Of a stretch of DNA of 64,000 bases, positions 51,869 through 63,950 are shown one piece after another; positions within the stretch are counted from its first letter, which is position 1, and each line of letters starts with the position of its first letter. The notes beneath the pieces were generated by a model. That model did not search any database. It was not told the DNA's origin and worked only from the letters and a program-made list of their open reading frames with translations. A program made the translations under genes and the position numbers. The DNA comes from Octopus sinensis (taxonomy: Eukaryota), in assembly GCF_006345805.1 (NCBI RefSeq), contig NC_043004.1, positions 7,440,001 to 7,504,000 on the forward strand. The letters are read 5' to 3'.

Positions 51869-53307
51869 ACACACACACACACACACCAGTATAAGATCTT
51901 AAGCACATATGTCAGTGTCCTTGTTTTCTTAGAAGGTTGGGTAAACTTTTTCTCTCTCCATCTCACCTTTAAAGATGTTTATTTGGTTTTCAGGTGGCAG
52001 GAACGAGGTGTTTGGGTGTAGATTCAGCCACACCTGAGCTGAAAACCTACTGTCTACTAAATTTGATTAATCTACCTCCTGCCCTGCTCCATTGTCTGCC
52101 TTCTCTGACACCCAAATCTGGGTTGTAATAATAGGGCGCTTGTCTTCTTTATTTATTTCTTTACTACTCTAAACCAATTTACCTTTTTTTATTTATATTT
52201 TTATCACAAAAATCTGTTGTTATTGATACAAGTTAGCTAAACAGAAAAAAGGTCAAAGTGTCCTGTTTCTAGAGAGTTCTGGTGTTTGGTGTTAGAGGCT
52301 TGTCTTTGTTTATTCCTTTCAATCTGAAACTGGTACAAATAAACAGAACTGTGTTTTCTTTCTTTCTGCCACACTTTTAGAAGAAGATTTGGAAAATAGT
52401 TCAGTGTTTCTGATTGTAATGAATATCAATGCTTTGTGTTGGACATAAACATAAGTGGGTCGCAGGGAAGGGTAAGGATCTCTTTTCCAGGTGTCATACA
52501 AAAGGATTTCTCAGAATTGTTGATAAAAGAGAAGATAAACAGACAGTTGGGCCCTTTCACTGATAACCCCAGCCCCCTCCTCATTTTCCCATCAAAGTTT
52601 GATGCTTATCCACCTACAGATTTTCTCTCTTTTTTTTTTTAGCAAGGGAGTGGGGGCGGGTATCCTTCAGCTTATATTAGACAAATATTTGGAGTTTTTT
52701 GGTGTGTTTTTTTAAAACCAGATTGTTTTTTCCATCTTCTCTTTGTTCTTCTGATTCTTCCCATTGTTCTTACCATTCTTCTTAGATCAACAATACTGAA
52801 TGCACATCTTTTGATTCCAATTTACCATCACCTGCCTTTCGCTATCAAATAAATGGGGGAATTGTCAGAGGAGGGAAAATATTGAGAAACATCCTTCAGT
52901 AGTTCCGTTACATCCTTCCAGAGTTGATAAAATAAGTTCCAGTCATACATGGATTCTTGATTGATTTCAATCAGTGAAACTTTCTCATTAAAATTTGTGC
53001 TTTTGTTTCTCAGGAATTATAATTGTAATCAACATTGTCATTAATCCTTCATTTACCCCCACCCATTCCCACAAGGGGTGGGCAGCTTCAGCCTCAGTTT
53101 TCATTGTCCTTCTTTGCACCTGGTTGCCTCATGCTATGTTCGGTGATCCTCCAGATAATGTTACTCTTAAGTATAGTGTCATGTTGCTGTTGTGCACAAT
53201 GCTATCATGTTGCTGTTGTATGCAGAACAAAACAGGTTTCAAACTGTCGTCTGCCACCTGTGTTGTATAACCTTCTACACATGTATAATAATAATAATAA
53301 TAATAAT

Positions 53308-53706
53308 TGCCCTGATGCAGTACCAGGCAGTGGCTCTCATGGCTTTTGATTTTAACTGATTGGAAGTGTTATCATGTACATTGTTTTGTCTTGGTATAAA
53401 AGATGGGCTACAGCAAATATTCTGCTCAATACCACAGATTTGCCTATCAGTTGTTTGACCTTAACCAGTTGAGCATGGCCCTTAGTGGCTGACGATATGG
53501 GCATCTCTGATCACGAGTAGAAGCAGTGGGGGAGCATCATAGCCATGTGTTGAAAGGAATTCTTTGGAGTTTGGATAATTCACCTCTGGAAACATTGGTG
53601 TTTAGTTCAACATCCTTAAACAACCTTTATTCAGGGACCTTTTGCGCAGGATGGGTTACTCGACCTGAAGAAAATTCTAACTGGGTCTCACCTGCAAAGT
53701 CATGTG
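53308..53706 (+). mobile_element. Truncated copy of the (TAA)n-associated non-coding element
   Basis: Begins right after (AAT)n and is the reverse complement of about 60000-60398. Followed by an orphan P1-MITE end (ttggtaacgaaagggttaa). Confidence 0.8.
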
Positions 53707-54516
53707 TTGTTGGTAACGAAAGGGTTAAAGCTTCTAGGCTACCAAGCTCATATCACTAATTCATGTAAAATTTACGAATGAATAACAAATGAATTTGCAC
53801 AATGTGTTTGTGTGTGAGCATCTAGTTTCATATTTATATTAAATCTGTTTGAAATATGAAATATGTACGATCCTTTTTCTTCTTTAATAAAAAAAAAAAA
53901 AGGGAAAGAAAAAATTGCCAGCAATTATTACTTTATTAGCTTCCTATTTGGCTAGTGTTTTCAAGACCTACTTATGCCCAGTAGTAACTATGTTACTAAC
54001 TGGTGGAATAAGTACTTACTAAAAGCTCATTATCAATTAAATGCTTGAGGCAACCAGTCGCTGCGGTTGTAACTAGTTTTGTAACTACACCTTTCCTGTC
54101 TTGTGACTTTCTGTGGGTGTGTCGTAATTAGTAAATCTGCTGCATTCACATGTTTCATAAAGAAACTCTTTTTCCATTCATAGACTTTATAAGAAACTAA
54201 CCGTTTGTAAATAATCAGTGAGCCGTAGAAAGAGAAAATGGGTTGATTTGTAGAAAGTTTCAAGTTGTGTAATAAAATACAACAGGTTAGAAAGTACAAT
54301 GAGAATTAAGAGTGGTTATGAAATGTTCCACTTTTATTTTATATATCATCATCATCATCATCATCGTCGGCCACTTTTCACTTACACAGAGGTTAAATAG
54401 AGTTTATTGAGGTTGATTTTTGACTACAGCCAGATGCTTTTCCTGTCAGATATATATATATATATTTATACATACATATAAATAAATAAATATATATATA
54501 TATATTTACATATATA

Positions 54517-54955
54517 TCATCATTGTTTAATGTCCGCTGGCACGGATTGGATGGTTTGACTGGGGTCTGGGAAGCCAGGAGGCTGCACCAGGCTCCAGTC
54601 TGATCTGGCAGTGTTTCTACAGCTGGATGCCCTTCCTAACGCCAACCATTCAGAGAATGTAGTGGGTGGTTTTTACATGCTACAGGCACAGGAGCCAGAG
54701 GGGGACTGGCAACGACCACGATCAGTTGGTGCTTTTTACGTGCCACCAGCTCGGGGATCACAATTACAATTTCCATTTGATTTTGGTTTTGATGTATTTC
54801 ACTCGATAGGTCTCCTCAAGCATGGCATGTAACCCTACGATCCAAGGTATTTTGAGTGAGCTGGGGCTGGTTATGTGACACTGGTGTAAGTTACAGCTGT
54901 GAACTCACTTTATTTGCTGGGTCCTCTCAGCCACAGCATATCTCCAGAGGTCTTG
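54517..54955 (-). mobile_element. SINE family C with extended 5' region
   Basis: Family C core at 54580-54760. Confidence 0.8.
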
Positions 54956-56039
54956 ATTATAACTATATATACATTAGACAAAATGAGATAACAAAACCAA
55001 GGCTAATATATATATATATATATGCCTGCTAATACAAGACCCACATTAGACTCCCCACTTGTCTCACTATCGAACCAAGAGTTTAACTAGGGTCTGTCCA
55101 TAGCATTTACCTCGCGTTACCTGCCATTCTTTGGGTCATCTAGATACCAATACCTCTCATACCCTTGCTACACACACACACACATACTGAGGAGTTTTTA
55201 TTCTTTTGATAAACATAAGAAACAGAAAAGGACGAGTGTCTAAGTTTCTCTCAATCAACATTTTTTTTGTTTTTAATGAACACCAATTTTATTAATTGTA
55301 GTAAATAGATTAAACTATATTGAACAGATGTTAGTTTACTGATAAACATTTCATTTCAAAGAGAAAATTCTGGTCTATTGAGAGTTTTTCATTTTAAAAT
55401 TTAATAAAAGCTATAAATCGGTGACTGTATAGAATCCCCCCAGTGAAGTAATTTTGCCATAACTTCATTGATTTATTCTTGGTTTATGAGATTTTGGCAA
55501 ACCATTGCCAGATCTCAAAAAAAAAAGCTTTTTTTTTTTTATCTAATATTACACTTTTTACATATACCTTGGCATTTAATTTAAGAAAATACTCGCTTAT
55601 TTAAGAAGATTAAAATGGTAAATGTTGTAGCATTTGTGCTTAATTTTCTCTCTCCCTCTCTCTTTTAACTTGAAGATTCTTTCTGGTGGAATGAGTCCAT
55701 TCTTCTTCACTAAATCATCCAAATGTTGGCTGCACCATTTCAACAGTTTGACATTTAGGTGTAATTGAATATGTCTGGGCTTGTACTTCCAGTGTAGACC
55801 TACCACTCACGCACACAAGCATGCACACATCTACGTGATTGTAGATCACAACTTTATGGAAGCATCAGTTCCTACCAGTTTAGTTGCTAATGTTATTCTA
55901 CATCGTAAGGTTGAATTGAGAATCCTTATAAAACTTCCAAAGCTAATTGACGTATGCTAATTACTTCATATTCTCTATCCCTTTCGTATTCATACAATAT
56001 ATTCAATGTATCATAGATACAAATACATATGCTTGTGCT

Positions 56040-56447
56040 TGAGGAGACCTATTGAGTCAAGTACATCAACATCAAAATAAATAGCAAATGGAAATTGCAG
56101 TTATGATCCCTGTGCCGGTGGCATGTAAAAAGCACCATCCGAATGTGGCCGATGCCAGCGCCGCCTTGACTGGCTTCTGTGCCGGTGGCATGTAAAAAGC
56201 ACCAAATGATCGTAGCCACTGCCAGCCTCGCCTGGCACCTGTGCTGGTGGCACTTAAAAAGCACCCACTACACTCACAGAGTGGTTGGCATTAGGAATGG
56301 CATCAAGCTGTAGAAACACTTCTAGACCAGACTGGTGCCTGGTGCAGCCTCCTGGCTTCCCAGACCCCGGTCGAACCATCCAACCCATGCCAGCATGGAA
56401 AATGGACGTTAAACGACGACGATGACGATGATGATGATGATGATGAT
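56040..56447 (+). mobile_element. SINE family C
   Basis: Reverse complement of 40866-41243. Confidence 0.85.
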
Positions 56448-57284
56448 GCGTAGTGTAATTACTAGTCTCCTAGTCACAAGTTCAATTCTAGGTGCATCTA
56501 GTTTGATTTAACTAACTTAAACTCATACAGAACAACTATGTAACAATGCTTTGAAATGTCTTTACAATGAAGCACATAACCTGTCTTCATTCAGTGTCTT
56601 ATTTTTATGTCGTCAGTTCTGTTGGCATAAAATGGCTCTGAAAAATTATTTGAGTAGTGGAATGTATTCTATCTTTTGTAAATTCATCAGTTTACCATTG
56701 AGTAGAGGATACCTGCTCTACATCAAATCTCTCTCTCCCTCCCTCTCTCTATGTATCTATCTAAATAGTATTGCACAATGCTCCTACTCACTTAACATGT
56801 TATTTGTTTAACCCTAAGTTAGTATCTAAGCTATGATTGACCATATGTCATTCCATTTTTTTCCTCTTTTCCTTTTTTTTTTTTCTTCTTGTAAACCATG
56901 CAGAGTGGGATATTTAAAGAACACTTTGCTGCCACTTGCATAGAAGCTCCGTTTTTTCTTCTCACAATTAATCTCTGTAAATTGTTTTTGGTGCTGCTGG
57001 AACAGCTTACTTCCATATATTGCCTTACTGAACTTTTCCATCTGTAAACCTATTTCTTAATGTCTGGCGTTTTAGCCTCCTCGATTATTATAAAATGTAT
57101 TGTTAGTGGAAGGTTTACCCCAACCTGTGTCACCATTCACACGGAAAACATATTTTAAATTTTAGACCAACATTGTCCTCTTTATATTTTATTATATTAT
57201 TTATCTTGTGTTCTTTATATTTTATTTTGACTTTCATTCAGACTCATTCAAACCAAAATATTTCATAGCTGGTGCTGGTGCCCT

Positions 57285-57510
57285 CTGACCGATGCCAGTA
57301 CCCCCTGACTGGATCATGTGCCCGTGGCACATAAAAAGCGCCCACTGCACTCTCAGAGTGGTTGGCATTAGGAAGGGCATCCAGCTGTAGAAACTCTGCC
57401 AGATCAGATTGGAGCCTGGTGCAGCTGCTGGCTCTCCAGTCCTCAGTCAAACCGTCCAACCCATGCCAGCATGGAAAACGAACATTAATTCATGATGATG
57501 ATGATGATGA
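57285..57510 (+). mobile_element. SINE family C
   Basis: Family C core and (GAT)n tail. Confidence 0.85.
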
Positions 57511-57820
57511 CATTATTGTTTTCCTCCTTTTATTCACAGATTAATAGTTTATCTGTTTGGGTTTTCTTTCAGAATCATTTGTAGTCTTTAAATTAAACTT
57601 ATCACTCCCCTGACTCCTTTCGATAATAAAGCACACAGTGCCATCTTTTTCTCCAATAACAATTATTGGATCTTGTTGAGACTCTTGGTGGTTGTGTCCT
57701 GAGGATGTTGAAGCAAGACTTGTGCCTCGGAGGGTAACTTTCTAGGTGCAATATATATATATAAAGTTTTTAATAAATGTAAACAAAGTTTGCTTTTAGA
57801 AGCGCTGAGATGTATTGAAA

Positions 57821-58129
57821 GATAAGAAAATAATTTATTCTCAAACGCAGGATAATGCTGACAGGACAGCAGGAACAGGATAAGATATCCATATTTTGCA
57901 GAAAAATTGGTCAAGGGCCAGCCATAAGACTCGAATTCACAAATTTTGGATTAATTTATCAGTGGACAGTTTAGCTTAATGGTAAAGCACTTGACTGGTA
58001 ATCACAGATGTGAGCTTGAGTCTCATGGATGACTGCTGACATATTTTCCCACAAAATATGGATATTTAATCCTGTTCTTGCTGTTCTGTCAGCATTATTC
58101 AGTGTCTGAGAATAAATTATTTCCTTATC
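57821..58129. mobile_element. Second type of palindromic element centred on a tRNA-like head
   Basis: ~130-bp imperfect inverted arms (gataagaaaataatttattctc... / ...gagaataaattatttccttatc) around tagcttaatggtaaagcacttgactggtaatcacag. Confidence 0.65.
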
Positions 58130-58239
58130 CATATAATTTTTCCTTTTTTTTTTAATGTTGGTGTCAGAGTGGATTTTCTATATAACACCATGTCATCATC
58201 ATCATAGGATAGATAGCCTTCCCAAAATTTAATAAATAT

Positions 58240-58415
58240 CAGCACCCACTACACTCTTGGTGTGGTTGGCGTTAAGAAGTGCATCCAGCTGTAGAAACCT
58301 TGCCAGATCAGATTGGAGCCTGGTGCAGCTGCTGGCTCTCCAGATCTCAGTCAAACTGTCCAACCTATGCCAGCATGGAAAATGGATGTTAAACAATGAT
58401 GATGATGATGCCGAT
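58240..58415 (+). mobile_element. SINE family C, 5'-truncated
   Basis: Family C core and (GAT)n tail. Confidence 0.8.
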
Positions 58416-58709
58416 GACAAGGAGGAGTACAAGAAAGGCTTCAGCTTGCAGTAACCAATTACTCTTTTGATAGAACTATAATTTACAGCCAAGTGACATG
58501 TGCTGAAAGCGTTCTCTTTCATTTCATTTCTTTCTTTCCAAAAAAAAAAGAATTGGAATTCTTTCATGTTTCAAGCTTTACCTCAATCAGAATATTACCT
58601 TCTTTCCCTGGTTTCCTTTGTAGAGAATTTTTTATAATTTAGGAAAGAATCTTTATTCTTCTGCTATTATATTTCAAACTATCCTTGTTTTTATTCTTTC
58701 CTGTTACAG

Positions 58710-58770
58710 AACGAATGACAAATGGCTGGGAAAAGATGGAAACTTCCAATCGCATCCCCTACTATCTCAG
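58710..58770 (+). CDS. Internal exon encoding the N-terminal half of a WW domain; dystrophin-family gene (equivalent of dystrophin exon 62)
   Basis: Polypyrimidine tract + ttacag| ... |gtaagt, 61 nt, phase 1/2. Reads xRMTNGWEKMETSNRIPYYLx versus human dystrophin exon 62 xSVQGPWERAISPNKVPYYIx (from memory also 61 nt, same phases; W-E, N and PYY in register). Confidence 0.8.
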
Positions 58771-58894
58771 GTAAGTTAATAAAATATTTATTTGGAATGT
58801 AGCTTTATATTGTATCAGGCATATATTGTCTTGTTGGTTCCAACTGCTTGTATGGTGTGGCACCTCATTTTTAAAATTACCAGGTGTTTTAAAA

Positions 58895-59276
58895 CAGTTC
58901 TATATTTAAGAGATGAGGAATTATGTACATTATTTACATTTGACGGATAGTTGTCCTCATCTTGTTTATTGTTAACACAACGTTTTGGCTGATATACCCT
59001 CCAGCTTCCATCAGGTGTCTTGGGGAAATATGCCCATGGGCATATAGCATAGTGGTTAAGAGCGTGGGCTACTAACCCCAAGATTCCAAGTTCAATTCCA
59101 GGCAGTGACCTGAATAATAATGATAATAATAATAACAATAACAACATCGAAAAATACCTTAGGAATGAGAACCGAGGTTCGAAATTTCCCCAAGACACCT
59201 GGAGGGTATATCAGCTGAAACGTGTTAACAACAAACAAGATGAGGACAAATATCCGTCAAATGTAAATAATGTAAA
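58895..59276. mobile_element. Palindromic tRNA-head/hammerhead element, copy 2
   Basis: Same left terminus as copy 1 (cagttctatatttaa). Central palindrome atatgcccatgggcatat, tRNA-like head 59038-59110, degenerate hammerheads at 58974-59019 (-) and 59194-59226 (+, core deleted). TSD-like taccaggtgtttt / taccaagtgtttt. Confidence 0.75.
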
Positions 59277-59839
59277 TACCAAGTGTTTTGTTGGTTCCAA
59301 CGAATATGGATAGCACTAAGAAGGAATGGAGTTCACAAAGTATGATACATGGAGACAGTCTTCAGTGGCCATTCCTTAAGACTTAATGACTTAATCATAG
59401 GTTAGGAGACTCTGGCTCTGACATACAATTACACAGGAACTAATTATTGACATTCTTTGTGTGTGTGTGTATTTTACTTATTCAAAATGTGTGAATATGC
59501 CCTCAACGAATACTCATTAATATATATATATAGATACACACATCACATATGCATTCATTCATCATACAAATATGCTTTGGTTAATGGCTTGGCTGATGTA
59601 ATTAAGTAAATAAGATTAATTTAGTACTTAGTTAAATTGACTAAACAATATATTGTTCTCCAGCTCCAGATAATTAGCATCGTCATCAGTTTAATAACCA
59701 TTTCAATCTATTTCCCTGTTCTGTCATGAATGCATTAACTCCTCTTATTACTACTACTACTATTACTATTATTGTTGTTATTGTTGTTGTTATCATCATC
59801 ATCATTATTATTATTATTACTATTATTATTATTATTATT

Positions 59840-60398
59840 GAGTGAGAGAGCAGTGCATACCATCAAAGTGACATGGGTGGGGTAAAATATACGAAGCCCA
59901 GTATACCCATCATGACTACCCGTCTGATAAGGGCACACTAGGCACATGCATCACAACCGTGTGTGCGCGGCATGGTGAACTCATAGCAAGATAAACAGCA
60001 TATGACCTTGCAGGTGGGACCCAGTTAGAATTTTCTTCTGGTCGAGTAACCCATCCCGCGCAAAAGGTCCCTGAATAAGGGTTGTTTGAGGATGTTGAAT
60101 GTAATACCTATGTTTCCAGAGGTGAATTATCCAAACCCCAAAGAATTCCTCTCAACACACGGCTATGATGCTCCCCCACAACTTCTGCTCATGATCAGAG
60201 ATGCACATATTGTCAGCCACTAAGGGCCATGCTCAACTGGTTACGGTCAAACAACTGACAAGCAAATCTGTGGTATTGAGCAGAATATTTGCTGTAGCCC
60301 ATCTTTTATACCAAGACAAAACAATGTGCATGATAACACTTCCAATCAGTTAAGATCAGAAGCCATGAGAGCCACTGCTTGGTACTGCATCAGAGCAT
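59840..60398 (-). mobile_element. Non-coding ~560-bp element bounded by (TAA)n on both sides
   Basis: Both ends abut (TTA)n. Second copy at 53308-53706. Strand is inferred from the adjacent Dong-like fragment. Confidence 0.75.
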
Positions 60399-60428
60399 TT
60401 ATTATTATTATTACTACTACTACTACTA

Positions 60429-60846
60429 CCTTTGCACAGCTTCTAATGCTGGAGATGTACCATGGTGTCAGCTGTTCACTACCAGTGAACTAAGGTAACA
60501 CCTCTTTTTTTTCAAGCACCTTCTGGAGTATTCAGGCCATTCCAAGCTGTGCTTTTTTCAGCAAGTGCTCCACTCTTATTGCAGCCCTTATTTGTTCAAC
60601 ATACTTCTCGAGATTTTTGCTCATTGTTCCCAGGGCTCCGACAATTATTGGTACTACTGCTACCTTTTTCATTGACCACAACTGCTTTACCTCCCAAGCT
60701 AACCTGTTTTACCTATCGACTTTTCTTTCTTCCTTATCGCATACCTTGTTGTTAGCTGGGCATGCTATATCTATGATCCAGCATAGTCTGTTTTCTTTCT
60801 CAATTAACACTAAATCTGATTTCCTATTTCCTATCTCATGGTCGCA
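60429..60846 (-). pseudogene. R4/Dong-clade non-LTR retrotransposon 3' fragment (restriction-like endonuclease domain)
   Basis: CDHEIGNRKSDLVLIEKENRLCWIIDIACPANNKVCDKEERKVDR*NRLAWEVKQLWSMKKVAVVPIIVGALG matches the RLE (R/K)PD...IIDIA.P...KE..K..Y..L...LW....V.VVPIVIGALG motif. Flanked by TAA/TAG microsatellite. Confidence 0.85.
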
Positions 60847-61025
60847 TTTTTATTATTGTTGTTATTATTATTATTATTAAATGCTAAAGAGGAATATGTA
60901 CTTTATTTAATCCTTTCCAATATGGTTTGTCACAATTAACTCTGAAACTGAAAATTTATCACCCCTGGGTTTTCCAGTTTTCCCAACGAGTTGAGAATAA
61001 TCATCATTTCTGAGGTCACTATTAA

Positions 61026-61246
61026 CCCTTTCGTTACTGTATTTCTTTTGAGATACTCTGTGTGTTCTTCCAATTACTTTAAATATAACAAAGAATTTAG
61101 TGAAATTAATTTGTTATCATTCAGCTTGTGGTAGGAACATAAATTGTGACTAAGGTTTGGTGGAAGATTTTAATTCAAAACTTATGAAAACAAGACATTT
61201 GTATTCAAAGCCAGAGCCGGTTTCAGTCGGGTTGGTAACGAAAGGG
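61026..61246. mobile_element. TTAA MITE family P1
   Basis: TTAA|ccctttcgttac...gtaacgaaaggg|TTAA. Confidence 0.88.
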
Positions 61247-61444
61247 TTAAGGTCATCGAGTTTCAAACTTCATTTCCAGCATATTTTTCCCAAATCCTGA
61301 TTTTGTGGAAAACAGATTTTGAAGACTTTTTTTTTTTTGTCTGATGAAAGCAAATTATTGATGATTTCTCCTGAAAATTTAGTCAACAGGGATTTTCTTG
61401 TTGATGACGGATTTTACTGTGGTTTCTACATTATTCAGATGGAG

Positions 61445-61740
61445 GGATGGCCATGGGGTTAGGGAGTCCACAGGGTAGCACTTTGGATGTGTGTTTTCCA
61501 CTTCAACCTCAGACTGACCAATGCCCTCTGAGTGAATTGTGTGTGTGTTTATATTTGTCTCTCCACTTGACAGTGGTGTTGCTTAGTTTTATATTCCTGC
61601 AACTTAGCAGTTCAACAAAAGGACCTGATAGAATAAGTACCAAACTTTTGAAAAAAAAAAGTACTTGTTTGACTAAAACCCTTCAAGGTGGTGCCCCAGC
61701 ATGGCCATATTCCAGTGACTAAAATTAGTAAAAGATAAAA
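61445..61740 (+). mobile_element. SINE family B, diverged
   Basis: aacttagcagttc..gatagaataagtacc..gtgccccagcatggcc. Confidence 0.6.
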
Positions 61741-62032
61741 CAATCTTATTATTAATAATTCATTCTATGAATTTCAACAATTCATTTATTCTTGTTTTGT
61801 TTTGAAAATTCTAAGTTTAATAAAAATTCCATTGTTATGTCTATGGAAACCAGGTGTGGATACAATCGTAGTATTATTCTTACAAGATTCTGAATATAAA
61901 GAAAGCTTTATAAACAAAATAAATGGATTTCCTCCCAAGATTTACAAAAACCGTATCACCTTTGTTAAAAGGCAGTTAACCTTATTTGCCATTTTTCTTT
62001 CTTTTTTATATTGCTTTTCAAGTATTCTTTAA

Positions 62033-62251
62033 CTCTGTATCATTTTAAGCCACCCATATCAGGCCCTAATATTCTACCTGTTTCGTGTTCATACTGGCTA
62101 GATCCAGCTTCTCATTTTTAGCCTACAATGTCATTCTAAACATAAACATTCACATCACCAAAATCTCAAAGCTATGGAATAATCCAGGATTAATTCAAAA
62201 CAAGGAATAAATAAGCATTACATTTGACAGAGTAATCTCAATTCTAAAGGG
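62033..62251. mobile_element. TTAA MITE family P2
   Basis: Homologous to 34234-34434 and ends ctaaaggg-ttaa. Confidence 0.65.
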
Positions 62252-63074
62252 TTAAACTGATGTTTACTTGTTTTTTTTTCTTATTTTACTTTAGTCTTCT
62301 TGTTGGCTGTTTCCTCTTCCAAGAAAGATATTTAGTTCTTTGTGTAAACTACCAAAATTGATGGCATAAAAGGCACAAGGCATATCAGAAGATGCACCCC
62401 AATTTCAACATCACATATTTAGGGGAGGGAAATGTTTTTAGTGCATTAAAGCAAGGAGAAAATTAGCTTATGGGAGACCCATCTGTGCATTTGAGACCTG
62501 GGATGATCATGGGGTTTTTTTGTTTTCTTTTTAAACATTTTTTTGAGAAGAGAAATGTTTTGTGGGGGCGAAAACTGCTTCTTGTAAACTTAAAGATCTA
62601 ACTGGATAGCTGTATATTTATTAGTTGCTGTTTCTTTTAACATTCAACATTAAACAACTTCTGTCCAACCACTCAAAGAATCTGTGTTCTGTTTACATTC
62701 ACCAACTGAAAAGATTCTTATCAAACGTAGGTGTTCTTAGTTGAAAATAAAATCACATGGAATACGTACAGGATGGACCACAGTAAAGCTTTGTTACCAG
62801 TGAACCAAATATTTGGTGACATATATAATGTTTTCAGAGCAATTCAGCGTGGTGGAGCCCATCCCTCTCATATAATTTCATAAAGCATGTGTAGATTGTC
62901 GAGGGAGGGTGTTCTGTTGTGTGTGTGTGTGTTTTCACAAAAGATAAAATATACACTTTCATGGGGCAAATATTGTGTTACTCAGTACCATATTTGATGG
63001 CATATAAAATGTACTCTTTTAAGGCCAAAGTCACCTCAGGTCATGTATGTGAAGTTAGGACTCCTGTAAGCTTT

Positions 63075-63405
63075 CATCATCATTATTTAATGTCCGTTTT
63101 CCATGCTGGCATGGGTTGGACGGTTCAACCAGGGTCTGGGAAGCCAGGAGGCTGCACCAGGGCTCCAATCTGATCTGGCAGTGTTTCTACAGCTGGATGC
63201 CCTTCCTAATGCCAACCACTCAGAGTGTAGTGGCTGCTTTTTACGTGCCAGGGGTGGCTGGTAGCGACCGCAATCGGTTGGTGCTTTTTACGTGCCACCG
63301 GCACAGAAGCCAGTCAAGGCGGCACTGGCCTTGGCCACGTTTGGATGGTGCTTTTTACATGCCACTGTCACAGGTATCACAACTACAATTTCCATTTGAT
63401 ATTTA
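63075..63405 (-). mobile_element. SINE family C
   Basis: Colinear with 40866-41243. Confidence 0.85.
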
Positions 63406-63744
63406 TTTTTCTTGCATTAAAAACTTCTTTTTTTTTTATCCCCTCCCCCTTAAATATGTTCTGCAGAAATCGTGGTACATCTAATAAGTACATACCTGTT
63501 TCATGCCATCAAATACAGAAATTCATATGTTGGTGTGTTATTTATTCAAAAGAGAGTCTTATGATTTATCAAGACAACCTCTAAAGATTTTAGCTTGTCA
63601 GAGTCCACCTGCAAGCTAATGGAACGCTTGTCAATTGGACTATGTTCCCACTACTTCCAGTGGTAAGGTGTTCCTACTCTGTGGCATCTACTGACGACTA
63701 GAGAGAGATTGTGGACTATTTGAGAATAGGTTCTCTTAACCATA

Positions 63745-63950
63745 ATACCAGTGTCACACAAATGGCACTCATGCTGTGGCACATAAAAGCACCCATTAAA
63801 GTAGTTGGCGTTAGGAAGGGCATCCAGCTGTAGAAACCATGCCAAATCAGACTGAGTTCTGGTGCAGCCTTCCAGCTTGCCAGCCCATGTCAAACTGTCC
63901 AGCTCATGTCAGCATGGACAACAAGCACTAAATGATGATGATGATGATGA
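63745..63950 (+). mobile_element. SINE family C variant
   Basis: gtggcacataaaagcaccc...gttggcgttaggaagggcatccagctgtagaaac...(GAT)n. Confidence 0.75.

Noticed and set aside
53308-53335. cctgatgcagtaccaggc as a hammerhead core
   Set aside because: CTGATGC rather than CTGANGA, and no helix II followed by GAAA.
59038-59110. Functional tRNA gene (Ser-ACT-like)
   Set aside because: The acceptor stem does not pair and it is embedded in a repeated element, so it is treated as a SINE-type head. The same applies to 15293-15358, 37445-37515 and 57962-58037.
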